A stretch of 64,000 bases of DNA. It comes from Paecilomyces variotii. Its lineage: Eukaryota. Below, in pieces: positions 1-12,271 of the stretch (positions within the stretch are counted from its first letter, which is position 1; every line of letters starts with the position of its first letter). A program made the translations under genes and the position numbers. The DNA is taken from assembly GCA_004022145.1 (NCBI GenBank), contig RCNU01000008.1. The stretch is one strand, 5' to 3'. The notes beneath the pieces are model-generated. The model was not told the DNA's origin. It did no database searches and saw only the letters and a list, made by a program, of their open reading frames with translations.

Positions 1-647
1 CCATTGTACATATGTTATTTAGATCTAGTAAACATAAACTACACGGCGTCATTGGAGTCGATTCTCAAGAAGGGATTTCTCCCTCCTTATACATACATAG
101 TTAAAAAGCTCAATTTACCACTACATGATACCACTAATTGCGCCTAACCGCCTAAAGACTTATATAACCTTCCCAATACAGAAGCTGTTCATACTTCATG
201 AAACCAATTAGTGCTTCTCTAAGGTTCTAGCGGCTTTTAGCGGTATAGTAAAAATTACGAACAGACCGCTTATTTATAGTTAAATGGTATCATCTATCTT
301 GAATCTAACTCGTGGATATTTGTGATTAATAATAATCGAGTCTGATCGACGCGGGGTTAAAGTCACTCGGGCGAGAGCTGTTATTGTCTTAGGGCTTAGG
401 GCACGGGCTGAGGGCTGTAGATCTGCGGGGTGAGTCTTGGAATATAATTGAATATTATTACTATATTATTTACTGATCGATGCAGCTGCTTCTGATATCC
501 TAGATCTATCTACATACTGGTCTTCCCGAACAATCTCAGCTAACTAATTATTAACTCTATTTATCAGTCAAATGTATAGACTGCCCAAACGATGTCGAAT
601 GGAGAGAGGTTATATACACAGTCCAATAAAGGCATCTATCTACCTAC

Positions 648-1661
648 CTAGTTAGCCCCAAAATCCGGCAGACTGTTCTCGACATCCATCGCATCCTTGA
701 TCCCATCCGCAATCGACTTCGCTTCATCTTCACTGAGTCTCCGCAGCGGCCGTCGCGCATAGCCACCGTAACCGTAGTAACTCTGAATAGCACTCTTCGT
801 GCCGGGAATGGCCGATTTCGTGAGCACCCAGTCTCCCGCACTCAGCAACTTCTGAAGCTCGACGGCCTCTGCGATCTTCCCCTCACTCCAGAGATTAAAC
901 ACCTGCACGCACAACCGGGGAAGGACATTAGCACCGCCCGCAATAATAGCTGAACCGCCCGAAACGAGCGTCTGAAGCGTGAAATCCGCCATGCCGCCAA
1001 ACGCCACGTAGGGATGATTATTCTCCGCTGACGTCGTGTCCGTGTTGTCCACGAGCGGAGAGGGAGGAACGATAGCATTCAATGCCCGCGCTACCCTCGT
1101 CAACTTGCCCGTATTGGCACAGGTGAATTTCGTCCCGACTATATTCGGATGTTGCGAAATCCGAATAATCAAGTCTGAATCCATATCTATCCCCGCTACT
1201 GCGCCGGGGTAATTATATAGAATCACAGGCAGGGGAGACCCGTCCGCTACGCCGGTGAAGTATTCATATAGCGAATCATCATTCCCCACCGCCGTGCGGT
1301 AATAGCTCGGCGGCACGATGAGGACGTACTCTCCGCCTGCGTCGGCGGATTCCTTGCACAGCTCGATTGTGCCGCGGATGCTTTGCTCGCTGGCCCCGAC
1401 GATGACGGGTATGTTGTGGAAGCCGGCTTCGTCGAGCGCAGAGCGCGTCTCGCGCGTTACTGTCTTGCGCTCTTCGCGGGTTAAGTGGACGGCTTCGCCG
1501 TTGGAGCCCTGGGTGACGAGACCGGCGAGGCCGGCTTTGGCGAGGCGGACGGCGTGTTTGCGGATGGAGGGGATGTCGAGGTCTTCGGTGTCCGGGTTGA
1601 AGAAGGTTACGGTGGGAGCGTAGACTCCGGGGCGAAGAGGAGTTCGCGGTTTGTTGGTCAT
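648..1661 (-). CDS. gaaC: L-threo-3-deoxy-hexulosonate (2-keto-3-deoxy-L-galactonate) aldolase, DHDPS-like family
   Basis: Intronless 337-aa ORF with DHDPS-family motifs GSNGE, YNYP and catalytic-Lys region GTKFT. Closely resembles Aspergillus GaaC as recalled, and is divergent from gaaA as in Aspergillus. Confidence 0.92.
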   Translation of the reverse strand: MTNKPRTPLRPGVYAPTVTFFNPDTEDLDIPSIRKHAVRLAKAGLAGLVTQGSNGEAVHLTREERKTVTRETRSALDEAGFHNIPVIVGASEQSIRGTIELCKESADAGGEYVLIVPPSYYRTAVGNDDSLYEYFTGVADGSPLPVILYNYPGAVAGIDMDSDLIIRISQHPNIVGTKFTCANTGKLTRVARALNAIVPPSPLVDNTDTTSAENNHPYVAFGGMADFTLQTLVSGGSAIIAGGANVLPRLCVQVFNLWSEGKIAEAVELQKLLSAGDWVLTKSAIPGTKSAIQSYYGYGGYARRPLRRLSEDEAKSIADGIKDAMDVENSLPDFGAN

Positions 1662-2174
1662 GTTGGATTAGGAATTAGATGTTCTATTCTGAGCGTTAGC
1701 GATTCGATATCTGCTTATATGTGATCATACGACATATTGCCGCTCCTTCACCTACAGTAAGTAACTCTGTATGTTGGTATGATTTGAGGATGATAATCCA
1801 GGAGACAACGAAAGAAAATAAGACGGGAAATTGGGCGATTGATATTTAAATACAACGATATATTATGGCATATCGGGTCCCGGAACAACACCGTTCGCAT
1901 TGAGTAATAAGTATAGAGTACTCTATCTATCCTTACACTCAATATAACTTCAACCACCCCGCTTACATCCCACCGGAAGAGTCCTTCCTGACCAATCCTG
2001 CGCCCAAAGAAGTCAGACCCGTTATTAACATTAGGCAAAAAAGAACTCAAGCGACGAACCGACTCATAATAAATCATGATCGGCACAAAGAGAAAAAGCC
2101 ATCAGATTGACCTGATTGTACTCATGCTTTTCCAGATCTCCTCGAATAATCTCCAGGGAACGGAAAGTAATTAT

Positions 2175-2183
2175 TCCACCAAT
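2175..2183 (+). promoter_or_regulatory. GARE (galacturonic acid-responsive element, TCCNCCAAT) in the shared gaaC/gaaA promoter
   Basis: Exact TCCACCAAT between the two divergent galacturonate catabolism genes; matches the established GaaR-dependent element. Confidence 0.75.
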
Positions 2184-2898
2184 AGGAAATTAAGCGTTGA
2201 GTTTCCCATTAGTATTATCTTAGCGTCGCGGGGCAGTAGGAATGGATATGGGTCATGGTGGGGGAGCATCTGGGAGAGAGCTTAAGCCTTAAGGTGATTG
2301 ATTTCCTTTTCAATTGCCGATGGATTCTTTGAATGGATTATAGAAGGGATTTCGAATTTGCCATGGGTGGTTGGAGTTATCTAGAAGGGGGAAATCGATA
2401 ACTAGTAGTTAAATAGCATTCTTGTATGTGCACATAGATGGACAGGTACTTCATCAATCAACTAACAACATGGTTCATTAAACAACAGGCATACAAGAAT
2501 TACTCCTTTTATCCTGCTACCCAAGTTAATTGGTCAGTAATCAATTAGTTGTCGGCTATTGAACGGCGGAATCCAAAAGTCGACTTTTTCCGCGCAACCA
2601 ATTCGCTTCACGTCCCTGGGTGAGCGACACGGCCGTCCAGTCCACGAAGGTGTCGATAATAGCCGGAGGAATAAATCTCACCAGAGTCGATAGAGATAAA
2701 ATGTAAGCATTGAACGCGACACGAGTTTTGAGCTCCAGCTTTTTTCTTTTCTTCCTTCCCCGCACTCTCTCTCTTCCCGTCACGTAGCCAGTACAGTATT
2801 GTATTTTGCTCTTGGGCTTCCCCCGCAACAAACAGCTTGCCGTTGAAGATCCGTATCGTCTGCAGATAGAAAGATAGTCGAAGAGGGACACTAACACA

Positions 2899-4471
2899 AT
2901 GGCGCCTCCCGATGTTTTGATGGTGAGTTTAGAACCGTTTGTTCATCCAGCTCGTTTTCTTACGGACAGGAGCTGATCGCGAACAGGTGGGCACAGGAGA
3001 GTACACCACCGGCTTCGTTGGTGGAGGAGCTTCCGGCTCAGACAAGAAAGTTGGCGTTGTTGGATTGACGCTCTTCGATCTTCGACGACGAGGCAAAGTG
3101 GGCAAGCTGAGCATGGTCGGAGTGTCTGGCCACAAGTTCCCAGCTATCAGTCAGTTGCAAACCCATCCATCCAAGCAAAAAATAGTTGAAGAGTCAGCAT
3201 GGATTTTGAACTGACCTCGACACCCTGGCAATACTTATAGAACAGCATCTGCAGAAGAACATCTCAGAAGTCTACAACGGTCTAGACGTCTCGTTCGAAT
3301 CATTCCCCGCCGACGACAAGTCGGATCCCGAAGCATACAAGACGGCCATTGACGCCCTCGAACCCGGCTCGGCCATCACCATCTTCACCCCCGACACAAC
3401 CCATTACCCAATCGCTCTATACGCCATTCAGCGCAAGATCCACGTCCTGATCACAAAGCCCGCCACAAAGCTACTCTCCCACCACCTCAACCTTCTCGAG
3501 GAGTCCCGAAAACATGGCGTCTTCGTCTTCATCGAGCACCACAAACGCTTCGATCCCGCTTACTCGGATGCGCGAGCCAAAGCCCGCACCCTGGGCGACT
3601 TCAACTACTTCTACAGCTACATGAGCCAACCGAAAAGCCAACTGGAGACTTTCAAAGCCTGGGCCGGCAAGGATAGTGATATCTCATACTATCTGAATTC
3701 CCATCACGTCGATATCTGCGAGTCCATGGTGCCTGATTATACGCCGGTCAAGGTCACCGCGTCAGCAGCCAAGGGCACTGCTGTTGATCTGGGATGTGTT
3801 CCTGAGACGGAAGACACTATCACGCTGCTTGTCGAGTGGAGGAAGAAGAATGATCCGTCCAAGATCGCGACGGGCGTGTATACGGCTAGTTGGACGGCGC
3901 CGCAGAAGGCGGGTGTTCATTCGAATCAGTACTTTCACTGTGCGTATCATCCATTCATATTACGAAACCTTGCTTTTCCCCACAGAAAGAAAGCAAGAAA
4001 GAAAAGAAAAAAGGGAAAAGAATAATCACTAAATAAAAACCCAACACAGGGATGGGCTCCAAGGGCGAAATCCGCATCAACCAAGCCAAGAGAGGCTACG
4101 ACCTCACCGATGACGACCAGGGCCAACTCATCTGGCTCAACCCGTAAGTCCAACCCCCTCTTCTCCTTCTTGCAACGCTCCCAATTACTAATTACGCGAT
4201 CTGCAGCTTCTACATGCGTTATGCCCCCGACGAGGAAGGCAACTTTGGCGGCCAAACCGGCTACGGATACATCAGCTTCGAGAAATTCATCGATGCCGTC
4301 ACGGCTCTGAACGAGGGCCGCGTGACGCTTGACCAGCTCGATGCGCGCGGTCTACCGACGCTGAAAAATACTATTGCCACTACGGCTATCTTGCATGCGG
4401 GTCGGGTCTCGCTGGACGAGAAGCGGTCGGTGGAGATTGTGAGTCAGGATGGGAGGTGGGAGTTGAAGTAG
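2899..4471 (+). CDS. gaaA: D-galacturonate reductase (Gfo/Idh/MocA-type Rossmann oxidoreductase), 5 exons
   Basis: ATG at 2899 (MAPPDVLM). GT-AG introns at about 2923-2986, 3150-3240, 3940-4049 and 4144-4206. Spliced product VGTGEYTTG...[10 protein letters not shown]...SQDGRWELK resembles Aspergillus GaaA. Confidence 0.92.
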
Positions 4472-4787
4472 AAGCAGATATATATGGCTTTTGGTAAGGG
4501 GAAGGAGGTTAGTGTGGGTTTGTATGTACGAAGTTAGGATGTTCAACGTATACTCATATCCCGAAGAAATATATGTCATATCATATTCTCGACCTATCTA
4601 GACACCAACGAAACAGGAAGTAAACTCCATCACTCCCGATCACCCGCGCACTTCCCAAATAAAAAAAAGCAAAGGAGAACCCATACTCGCTGTCATCCCG
4701 GTCATGCCATTTTCTCTCAAACCGAACTCCCTTGGTATCATTGCGCTTATTATAAAACCAACTCGATTAACCGCCATCTAGGCCTCT

Positions 4788-7139
4788 TCATCGACGGGAC
4801 CCAACCTTGACGATACCGTTGGGGCCCTTGCCGAGTTTCACACGGCAGTCGGGACAGTACCACTTGGCAGTACGGCTGGGCACTTCCGAGAGACCGACGC
4901 AGTCGAGATGGAACCATTCTTTGTCGCACTTTTTTGAGAAACAGTTAGTATTGTTTTTAGGCTGGTCAAAAGTGGGAATGGTATGATTACTTACATCGTT
5001 GTTTTCACAGCAAATCATCGTTCCGAAGCTCACATCTCCACACAGACAATAGCGTGGCTCGTTCGGATCTATTTCCTCTAAGACGCCGTCTTCGTCAATG
5101 CGAACATCTTCCTTGGGAGCGACTGAGCTCTCTTGAGGGCCCGGTTCTCGAGATGTGGCCTTCTTCTTCGCTGGCTTGGCTTTTCTCCGTCCGTAGCTGA
5201 CGGCCGCACCGCCGTCCTGGCCTGAAGACACAGGACCAGGGGCAGGACGCTTGCTCCGTCGACTTGCTGCCGTGGTGGCAGGCGCACTTGGTGGCCGAAT
5301 AGGCTCTGGGACAGGCGTCTTGGCTGGGGTAGCACTCTTGCGGCGTAGCCCTTCTCGGAGGCCAGTATGGATAACGCTACTCACAGGCTCGGCAGAATGG
5401 GCAGCAGAGCGTCGCCGGGAAGGAGGACGGGTGGTTGGAGGAGTTGGGGTCGTAGTGGGCTTCGAGACGGGTGCCGCGGCCGGCGCGACTGGAGCAGCAA
5501 CAGACTCTGCTGCAGGCGGAGCAGATGGAACAGACGGAGCTGCTGGAGGAGTTGGTGCTTTTGCTGATGGCACCGGAGATGGTTTCTTCGGAGGACTAGA
5601 AGGCGCAGTGGGAGCCGCGGGAGCTGTTGTGGAAATCTCAGGCTCAGGGACTGCAACCGTTTTCTCTTGAGCCGCATTTTCTTCAACATTTGTCGCAACG
5701 GGCGTAGACTTGCTCGGTTTGCGCTTCTTGGCGGACTTTGCTTCAGTCTCTTGAGTGGGAGCCGACGGCTCAGAAACAGCAGTCTCCTCGAGCTTTCTTT
5801 TCTTCGGGGTCTTGGCCTTCTCTTTTTCCTTTCCTGCAGCACCGTTCGCCTTCTGGGAGGTTCCTGGTTGTCCAGGGGTACCATGGGCACTATCCCCAGG
5901 GGTAGGGAACAAGCTCTTGAAGGTGGAGCCGATGTCGCCGAGACGCTTCGCAGCGAGCTCTGCTTCCGCTGCAGCCAATGCTGCTTGTTCTCTGGCTAAG
6001 GTCTCGCGCTTCAACTTCTTGGCCTCGTTCAGCTTCATACCGCGATTGCTCAGCTTTGTCTCCTCCACGGCGGCCGCTTCTCCGCCAGCTTCTGTCTTGC
6101 GGATGAGCTTTCCAGGCACGTAGTTGTTCATTATGTCGTCGCAGTCGATGAATTCCGTCCCGTCCGCCTCCGCAGCCGCTTTGGCTGCCCTGTAGCCTTC
6201 CCATCCACGTCCGCGGAGAGCAAGTTCTCGATGGATCATGATTTCACTTGGCTGCCAGACCGCGTTCTTCTTCATCTTCTTGCGGAGCTTGGTCATTTCC
6301 CACTCTGTCAGGCGCAGCCATGGGAGATCTTCACTTCCCATCTTGGCATCCTCTGGAGGTGGCTTGAGCAATGCCAAAGCGTTGCTGGTTGAGATCCCGG
6401 CAACCGAACTGTGAACATTGGTGCCCATTCCAGATGGGCGATTAGCTCGAGGGCGTTTCGGTTGTTTCTCCTTCTTGGGTTTGGCAACTTTCGTGTCTAG
6501 AGAGCCTTGCGTTTCCGCTTCCACGTCGGATTGTTCTGTACTAGCAATGGGCGAATCCGGATTGAAGCCATGTCCTCCAGTAAGCAACGACCGGCGGCTC
6601 CTCGACTTCTGATCTTGGCCATCCACACGTAATGTGATGCGCGTGGTCGACGCGCCATCTTCGCCCTTTCTACCGGTTCTGGAGCGCTTGTTCTCTGGAG
6701 AGACGGGGGCAGGGGCAGGCGTGGGTTCGCGGGAGGGAGGCTTTGGAAGGGCATAAAGCTTCTTCTTGATGCAGTCCAAGCGTTCGAAATGACGGTCGAC
6801 GACATCGTAGAGGCGACAGGATTCGGCATAAGCCGACTCGCGCGCATTGATGGCGCGATCCAGCTGGCGCGAAATCTCCTTGCGCAGAGCACGAATGTTG
6901 GGCCGGGACTCGGGAGGGATGTCTGGTAGCTGTCCGTAGGTCTTTGTCAACTCGTGAACTGTCTGCGCAGCGGCGAGATACCTCTCATCCAGCTGACGGA
7001 TAAGGGTGAGAGAACGGATCAGATCCGCGGGGAGGTATTCGGTGTAGTCAATGAAGTCGGTGACGGTAGCCTGCGCGTCTGGATCGAAGGGGCCATCGAG
7101 CAGCAGCTCGCCGCTGTCGTCTGTATCGTCCGACATCAT
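4788..7139 (-). CDS. ING-family PHD-finger chromatin protein
   Basis: N-terminal ING-like helical region ([25 protein letters not shown]) and C-terminal PHD (YCLC...[13 protein letters not shown]...WYCPDC). A 66-nt intron at 4929-4994. Start ATG uncertain (7151, 7139 or 7136). Confidence 0.85.
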   Translation of the reverse strand: MMSDDTDDSGELLLDGPFDPDAQATVTDFIDYTEYLPADLIRSLTLIRQLDERYLAAAQTVHELTKTYGQLPDIPPESRPNIRALRKEISRQLDRAINARESAYAESCRLYDVVDRHFERLDCIKKKLYALPKPPSREPTPAPAPVSPENKRSRTGRKGEDGASTTRITLRVDGQDQKSRSRRSLLTGGHGFNPDSPIASTEQSDVEAETQGSLDTKVAKPKKEKQPKRPRANRPSGMGTNVHSSVAGISTSNALALLKPPPEDAKMGSEDLPWLRLTEWEMTKLRKKMKKNAVWQPSEIMIHRELALRGRGWEGYRAAKAAAEADGTEFIDCDDIMNNYVPGKLIRKTEAGGEAAAVEETKLSNRGMKLNEAKKLKRETLAREQAALAAAEAELAAKRLGDIGSTFKSLFPTPGDSAHGTPGQPGTSQKANGAAGKEKEKAKTPKKRKLEETAVSEPSAPTQETEAKSAKKRKPSKSTPVATNVEENAAQEKTVAVPEPEISTTAPAAPTAPSSPPKKPSPVPSAKAPTPPAAPSVPSAPPAAESVAAPVAPAAAPVSKPTTTPTPPTTRPPSRRRSAAHSAEPVSSVIHTGLREGLRRKSATPAKTPVPEPIRPPSAPATTAASRRSKRPAPGPVSSGQDGGAAVSYGRRKAKPAKKKATSREPGPQESSVAPKEDVRIDEDGVLEEIDPNEPRYCLCGDVSFGTMICCENNDVSNHTIPTFDQPKNNTNCFSKKCDKEWFHLDCVGLSEVPSRTAKWYCPDCRVKLGKGPNGIVKVGSRR

Positions 7140-8040
7140 GGATCGGATCATGCGCTGCAGCGGCACCCCAAACGACAAGAGATCAGCTGGGGGACGTTCG
7201 CTGTTGAGACCTCCTATATGAGCGGGACCATCTGTGCGGTCCTTGAGGTCCTGTAGTCAAAGCTGCCGGCTCATGAAGGGAGGAGGACAAGGGAGCGGCG
7301 ACGAGCGCATCAGCAGAGGCGAGCAGATCAGCAGGCAGTCAAGCAGTCACGACAGGGACGAGATCGACGACTCTAGCAATGCGCATCTTCCGGGATTCGA
7401 GGAACGCGCTGGGTGGCGGCGCGAGTCGGGTCGACGTTGTTCCGAGCGACAAGTAGGAGGTAGTGATCATACAGGAATAACATAGTGATAATTGATAGTA
7501 ATCAAAGAAATCATATATCTAAGATGATAGAATTCTGATTATTTTCTGATTATACCCCGTATATCCCTGGGAGGCATTCGATTAGAAAGAAAACCTGGTG
7601 GATCTATCTGGACCATCAGTGACACACCACCAGATGGCGGACCTCTCCTTCGAGTTATGTTATCGTCCGCTGACAATAATACTGCTGGCAATAGCATACC
7701 AGAGAAGTTAATAATCACTTCATATTCATCACTGTGAGTTTCTGGGTGCAATATCATCCATAGAGTCGATGCCATTATGCAACAATTACCTACCTCCCAA
7801 TGCTCGTAGCTGACACTGATTAACTGAGAATTATCTGCACAAATGATTACCTATTTGCATGGATCTCTTTCAGAGCATGTCAGCATTATCACATTGTGTA
7901 CTCATTTCTGTGTAGCACACGTAGAACTTTTGCAGCTGTTTGTTCTCAGCAAGCGGGCTCCTGCATGTCCTCCCGACATCTACGAGCATCTCCTCTCATC
8001 TCGTCCCATCTCCATCAAATATCCCCCCACGGCGTCCACC

Positions 8041-10389
8041 ATGGATCGAGCAGAGCGCCTGAAGCTTCTCTTTGAGCATGATAGCTCTCTTCTCACTACT
8101 GATGTGCAGCTCTACAAAGAGCCTCTGCCCAACCCACCAGATCCTGTCCCTGAGCGAGTCCCTACTCCTGCCCCAGAGACTGCCCCAGCACCACACTCAG
8201 AGACAGCTGAGCCAAAGCAAAAGGCATCGAGTCAACCAGTTACAGATGAAGTCTTCGGACCAGAACCACCTCCTGTGATGTCAGACTCTGAAGAATCAGA
8301 TGACTATCTCTCAGCCTGCAAACGCACCGCACAGCGCAAGGCCAAGGAAGCCGTACAGGATGCATCTCTCCAACCCAGCAAAAAAGATGCACGGAAGAGT
8401 CATGGACGCAAAATAGCCGCTCAAAACTTGGCTGTCACGGATAATCTCTCGAATCTCCCTCTTTCTCGCTGCTTTTGTCCGATAATGGCGGTTTCGCGAT
8501 TGCCCTACAAATACCTCCGAGGCGAGGCCTCAGAGGCCATTGCACAGCAGTTCTTTACGGAGGGCAAGTTCTGGAAGAGATATTGGAACTTGTGAGTAAC
8601 TTCCGTGCATTATCACCAATCCTTAGGAAGATGCCTCCTCACACGGGAATTCATTGTTATTCACCTCGATCAGCATCAATGGCTGTGGTCAAAGCATTCA
8701 CCCGCTAATGAATCACGCAGGTACCATATCCATCCCCCGCCTTATATGGCTACTCGGCCCCTGCTCTTAGTGCCTGCCATTCAAGTCCAGGAACTGATTG
8801 ACGAGATCAACGACGAGTTTAATTGCACCTTGTCTCTTCCCACGGACGTCCATCTGGGCCTGATGCTGCCATTTGAAGAGGACGGGACTCCGCAGCCCCA
8901 GTTTCTGGGCCAATGCACAAGTCGAGAGATGAAGGAACAGTTAGAGTACAACGCTTCCACCGCATCTCACGATCAAAATGCTCATAATCCTCCAGCCGGG
9001 TGCAGCCCGGAGGTAGACCGTTCATTTGCTGCCTTCCGGAAGAAGATTGAAGCTGCTTTGGAGGCCACAAAGAATAGAACAAAGGCTTCCAAGGCCAAGA
9101 AGCGGCAGAACCAGATTGAGAAACGCCGGGAATGGTCTCGTACTCTGAGGAGGACGCAGAGATACCTTGGCCTCCGTCCGCAGCGGCCTCGTGGTCTGCT
9201 TCCGCCTGATCTTGATGAGAGCGCCAGCTGGGAGGAGAAGCAGAAAGCGGAGCGTGAGTACGGACTAGCCTGCGGCACGATCCTTGAGCCTCTGAATGTG
9301 AATGAGCCAGCTCCGTTTCCGTTTTCAGACGAGCCCATCTTCATCTGTGTGGATGTCGAGTCCAATGAGCGCTGCCACGACCAGATCACTGAGGTGGGTG
9401 TCTCTGTATTGGACACTCTAGATCTCGTTGGTGTCCCGCCAGGCGAGGGTGGAAGAAACTGGATGGCGCGAATCCGCTCTCGTCATTTCAGGGTCCAGGA
9501 GAGATCGTACATCGTGAACAAAGACTTTATCGCAGGGTGTCCGGACAAGTTCGAATTCGGAGAGAGTGAGTGGGTCTCGGTCAGTGAGATCGTCAAAGTC
9601 GTCGACGAATGTTTCCAACCCCCTTATTCGGGACATATAGAACTTGCCGTCAACGAGGTTGAGGGAAAGGATGCGCGCTCTGGCATTGTGGTAGAGGGCG
9701 TACTGCCGGAGTACAAACTGCATCCACGCAATATCGTCTTTCTCGGCCATGACACGCAAACAGACATCAAGTACCTCCGTACTTTGGGTAGTACCCTCTT
9801 CGCGGATGACCCTGAGTCTCCAGAAAGTCCTGCGAAGGAGGGTGATCAGAAGGTAGTGCAGCCTAGCTTCCTGGAGGCGCTGGATACAGCAACTCTTTTC
9901 CGTGTTCTCAAACGTGACACGAATCCTCGTTCTCTCGGACAGGTCCTTCTCGACCTAGGAATCACGGGATGGAATCTCCACAATGCAGGAAATGATGCGC
10001 GCTACACAGTGGAAGCGATGATCGGTATCGTGCTGAAATCGCGTCTGTTACTCGACCAGGCCGCCCAGGCGACCTCCGAAACACCCGCACCGGAAGATTA
10101 CGCCCAGGCAGATGGAGCTGCTGAAAAAGAGATCAGCGCCTCTCGCGAGCAGGCCTGGAAAGATGAAGTCGAGAGACGGGTTGCCAAATCGGTTGCGGAG
10201 ACTGAGCAGCGTGTCCGTGAAGACTGCGAGGGATGGGAGCTTGATAACTGGAGCGCCGAGGATATAGATGGCGGAGAAGGCTGTGGCCATGGCATTCCTG
10301 GCCGTCGTGGCCAACAGGGCCTGCAAAAGAATGGTAAACAGACAGAGACGGAGATAGTGGCAAAGCAGCTAGAAGCTACTCTGATTTAG
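8041..10389 (+). CDS. DEDDh 3'-5' exonuclease of the QIP (QDE-2-interacting protein)/Gfd2-YDR514C-like family, 2 exons
   Basis: ATG at 8041, intron 8592-8720 (GTGAGT...GCTAAT...CAG). Motifs CVDVES, FLGHD...D, LDT and LHNAGNDA. The N-terminal FCPIMAVSRLPYKY...FFTEGKFWKRYW block resembles fungal QIP-like proteins as recalled. Confidence 0.75.
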
Positions 10390-11299
10390 GTTGCAGCTCA
10401 CTACTTTGTTTCATCATGCAGGTTCTATGACGGGGCGTACAGATTTATTTGAGCATTTGCACCTATTCCAGCATCCATCCGGATCTTCATCATGAAAATG
10501 CGATTGATACCTTTTACATCAGCCTTGCACACGTAACTATCTAGCATAGTATGAATACAGAATCATCCAATAGAACTCGCCAATTAAGAATCATCGTTCT
10601 ATAACTGTGAAGAATACCTTATTACCTAAACTGTCCCCTTCCCACCCGCATTCGAAAATCCCGCTTCGTTTATCGATAATATTAAACGAATTGTAGAATA
10701 TACAACAATCGGAAAACATTGACGTCACCGCAACTAATACCATTCATGTCAGTTCAGTCGCATGGAATCCTTCCCAATAGTTAATTACCGGGTCAGGTCT
10801 AGATAAATTATTCATATTACACAATCATCAATTGAATATATTCAAGGTATCAACCTCCTGTAAGCAAAATCCATATACATACATGCATACCTACATAGAG
10901 TAATAGTTACAGTAGTTGCATTTTATCTAATCGCAGCGCCAAGAAATCGTCTCCGCTGCCCCTCTAGATAAGTAAGTACAGATGGAGCTAGCCGTGCTTA
11001 CAGTAAACTTACACACACACCCCGCGTTTTCATATGAATCGATTGTGAGTTCCAATGATCAATTGAGCAGGAGTTGGGCTCAGGAAAGAAAAGAAATTTG
11101 CTAATATCGACTACGAATCAGTTTCTATCCTTGAAAAGTGTTCAGATTCAAAGATTCTGCTTACTTACTACCTACTTACTTAGGTAGAGCGGGGTGAAAA
11201 TATCCGAGCAACGAGAAAGAAAAAGTGAAATTAAACCAACAACAACATCATTCAATCCTCAGCTCCAAATCCTCAACTACAAAAAAAGACATAAACAAA

Positions 11300-12085
11300 A
11301 TGTCCGAACCCCTCTCCTCCTACCTCCGCTCTCACTTCCCATCCTCCTTCCACCGCGCAACCACCCACCCATTCCTCATCGCCGCTGGATCCGGCACGCT
11401 CTCCAAAAAGACCCTATCTCAATGGCTCTCCCAAGACCGTCTGTACGCCCAATCCTACGTCCGGTTCATCGGCCTCCTTCTTTCGAAAATCGTCTTCCCT
11501 CCTCGAAACCCCCGCGTCTCGAAACCCCGCATCCCGAGCACGGAGGAACGCATCTTCCACGCCCTCACGGAAGCATTGGTGAATATTCGGCGCGAGTTGC
11601 GGTTTTTCGAAGACACAGCGGTGAAATATGGATTGGATCTAACTGCGGTGCCGGATCTGGAGGGCGGGGAAGAGGAAGGGAAAGAAGGGTGGAAGGTGTT
11701 TGGACCGGGGTTCATTACGAAGGCGTATATTGATCTGTTCATGGCGGCGGGGAGTAGTGGGGCGAGTTTGTTGGAGGGGTTGACGGTGTTGTGGGCGACG
11801 GAGTGGTGTTATTTGAGTGCGTGGAGGTTTGCGAGGGGACATATGAAGGAAGGGAAGGATGCGAGGGAGGATAGGGATGGGGGGGCGTTGAGGAAGGAGT
11901 TTATTCCGAATTGGTCGAGTGATGAGTTTGAGGAGTTTGTGGTGCTGATTCGCGATGCGATGGATGAGTTGGCGGGGAAGTTGAAGGGGGTTGAGGAGAT
12001 TGAGAGGGAGAGGGGGAAGTGTTTGGGCTGGTGGAGGCAGGTGTTGTGGTTGGAAGAGAGGTTCTGGCCGAATGTTAAGGAGTAG
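11300..12085 (+). CDS. TenA/THI-4/PQQC (heme-oxygenase-like fold) family protein
   Basis: Motifs ATTHPFL..AG.GTL, WLSQDRLY, LWATEWCYLSAW, FIPNWSSDEF and LEERFW. Confidence 0.8.
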   Translation: MSEPLSSYLRSHFPSSFHRATTHPFLIAAGSGTLSKKTLSQWLSQDRLYAQSYVRFIGLLLSKIVFPPRNPRVSKPRIPSTEERIFHALTEALVNIRRELRFFEDTAVKYGLDLTAVPDLEGGEEEGKEGWKVFGPGFITKAYIDLFMAAGSSGASLLEGLTVLWATEWCYLSAWRFARGHMKEGKDAREDRDGGALRKEFIPNWSSDEFEEFVVLIRDAMDELAGKLKGVEEIERERGKCLGWWRQVLWLEERFWPNVKE

Positions 12086-12271
12086 TTAGTAGTTGCATAA
12101 TTATGAAGATGAAAAAAAAAAAAAAAAAAAAAAACTGGATATCAAAAATCATCATGACTTGTATGCACATTATATATGGACTATCTATATATCCAGGACA
12201 AGCTGCTCGTAGGGTTATATGACACGTTCAACAACAAAACAAGAAGAAGAAGAAGAAGAAGAAGAAGAACC

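Noticed and set aside
389-416. Telomere-like TTAGGGC repeats
   Set aside because: Only two exact and two degenerate units; too short to call an interstitial telomere.
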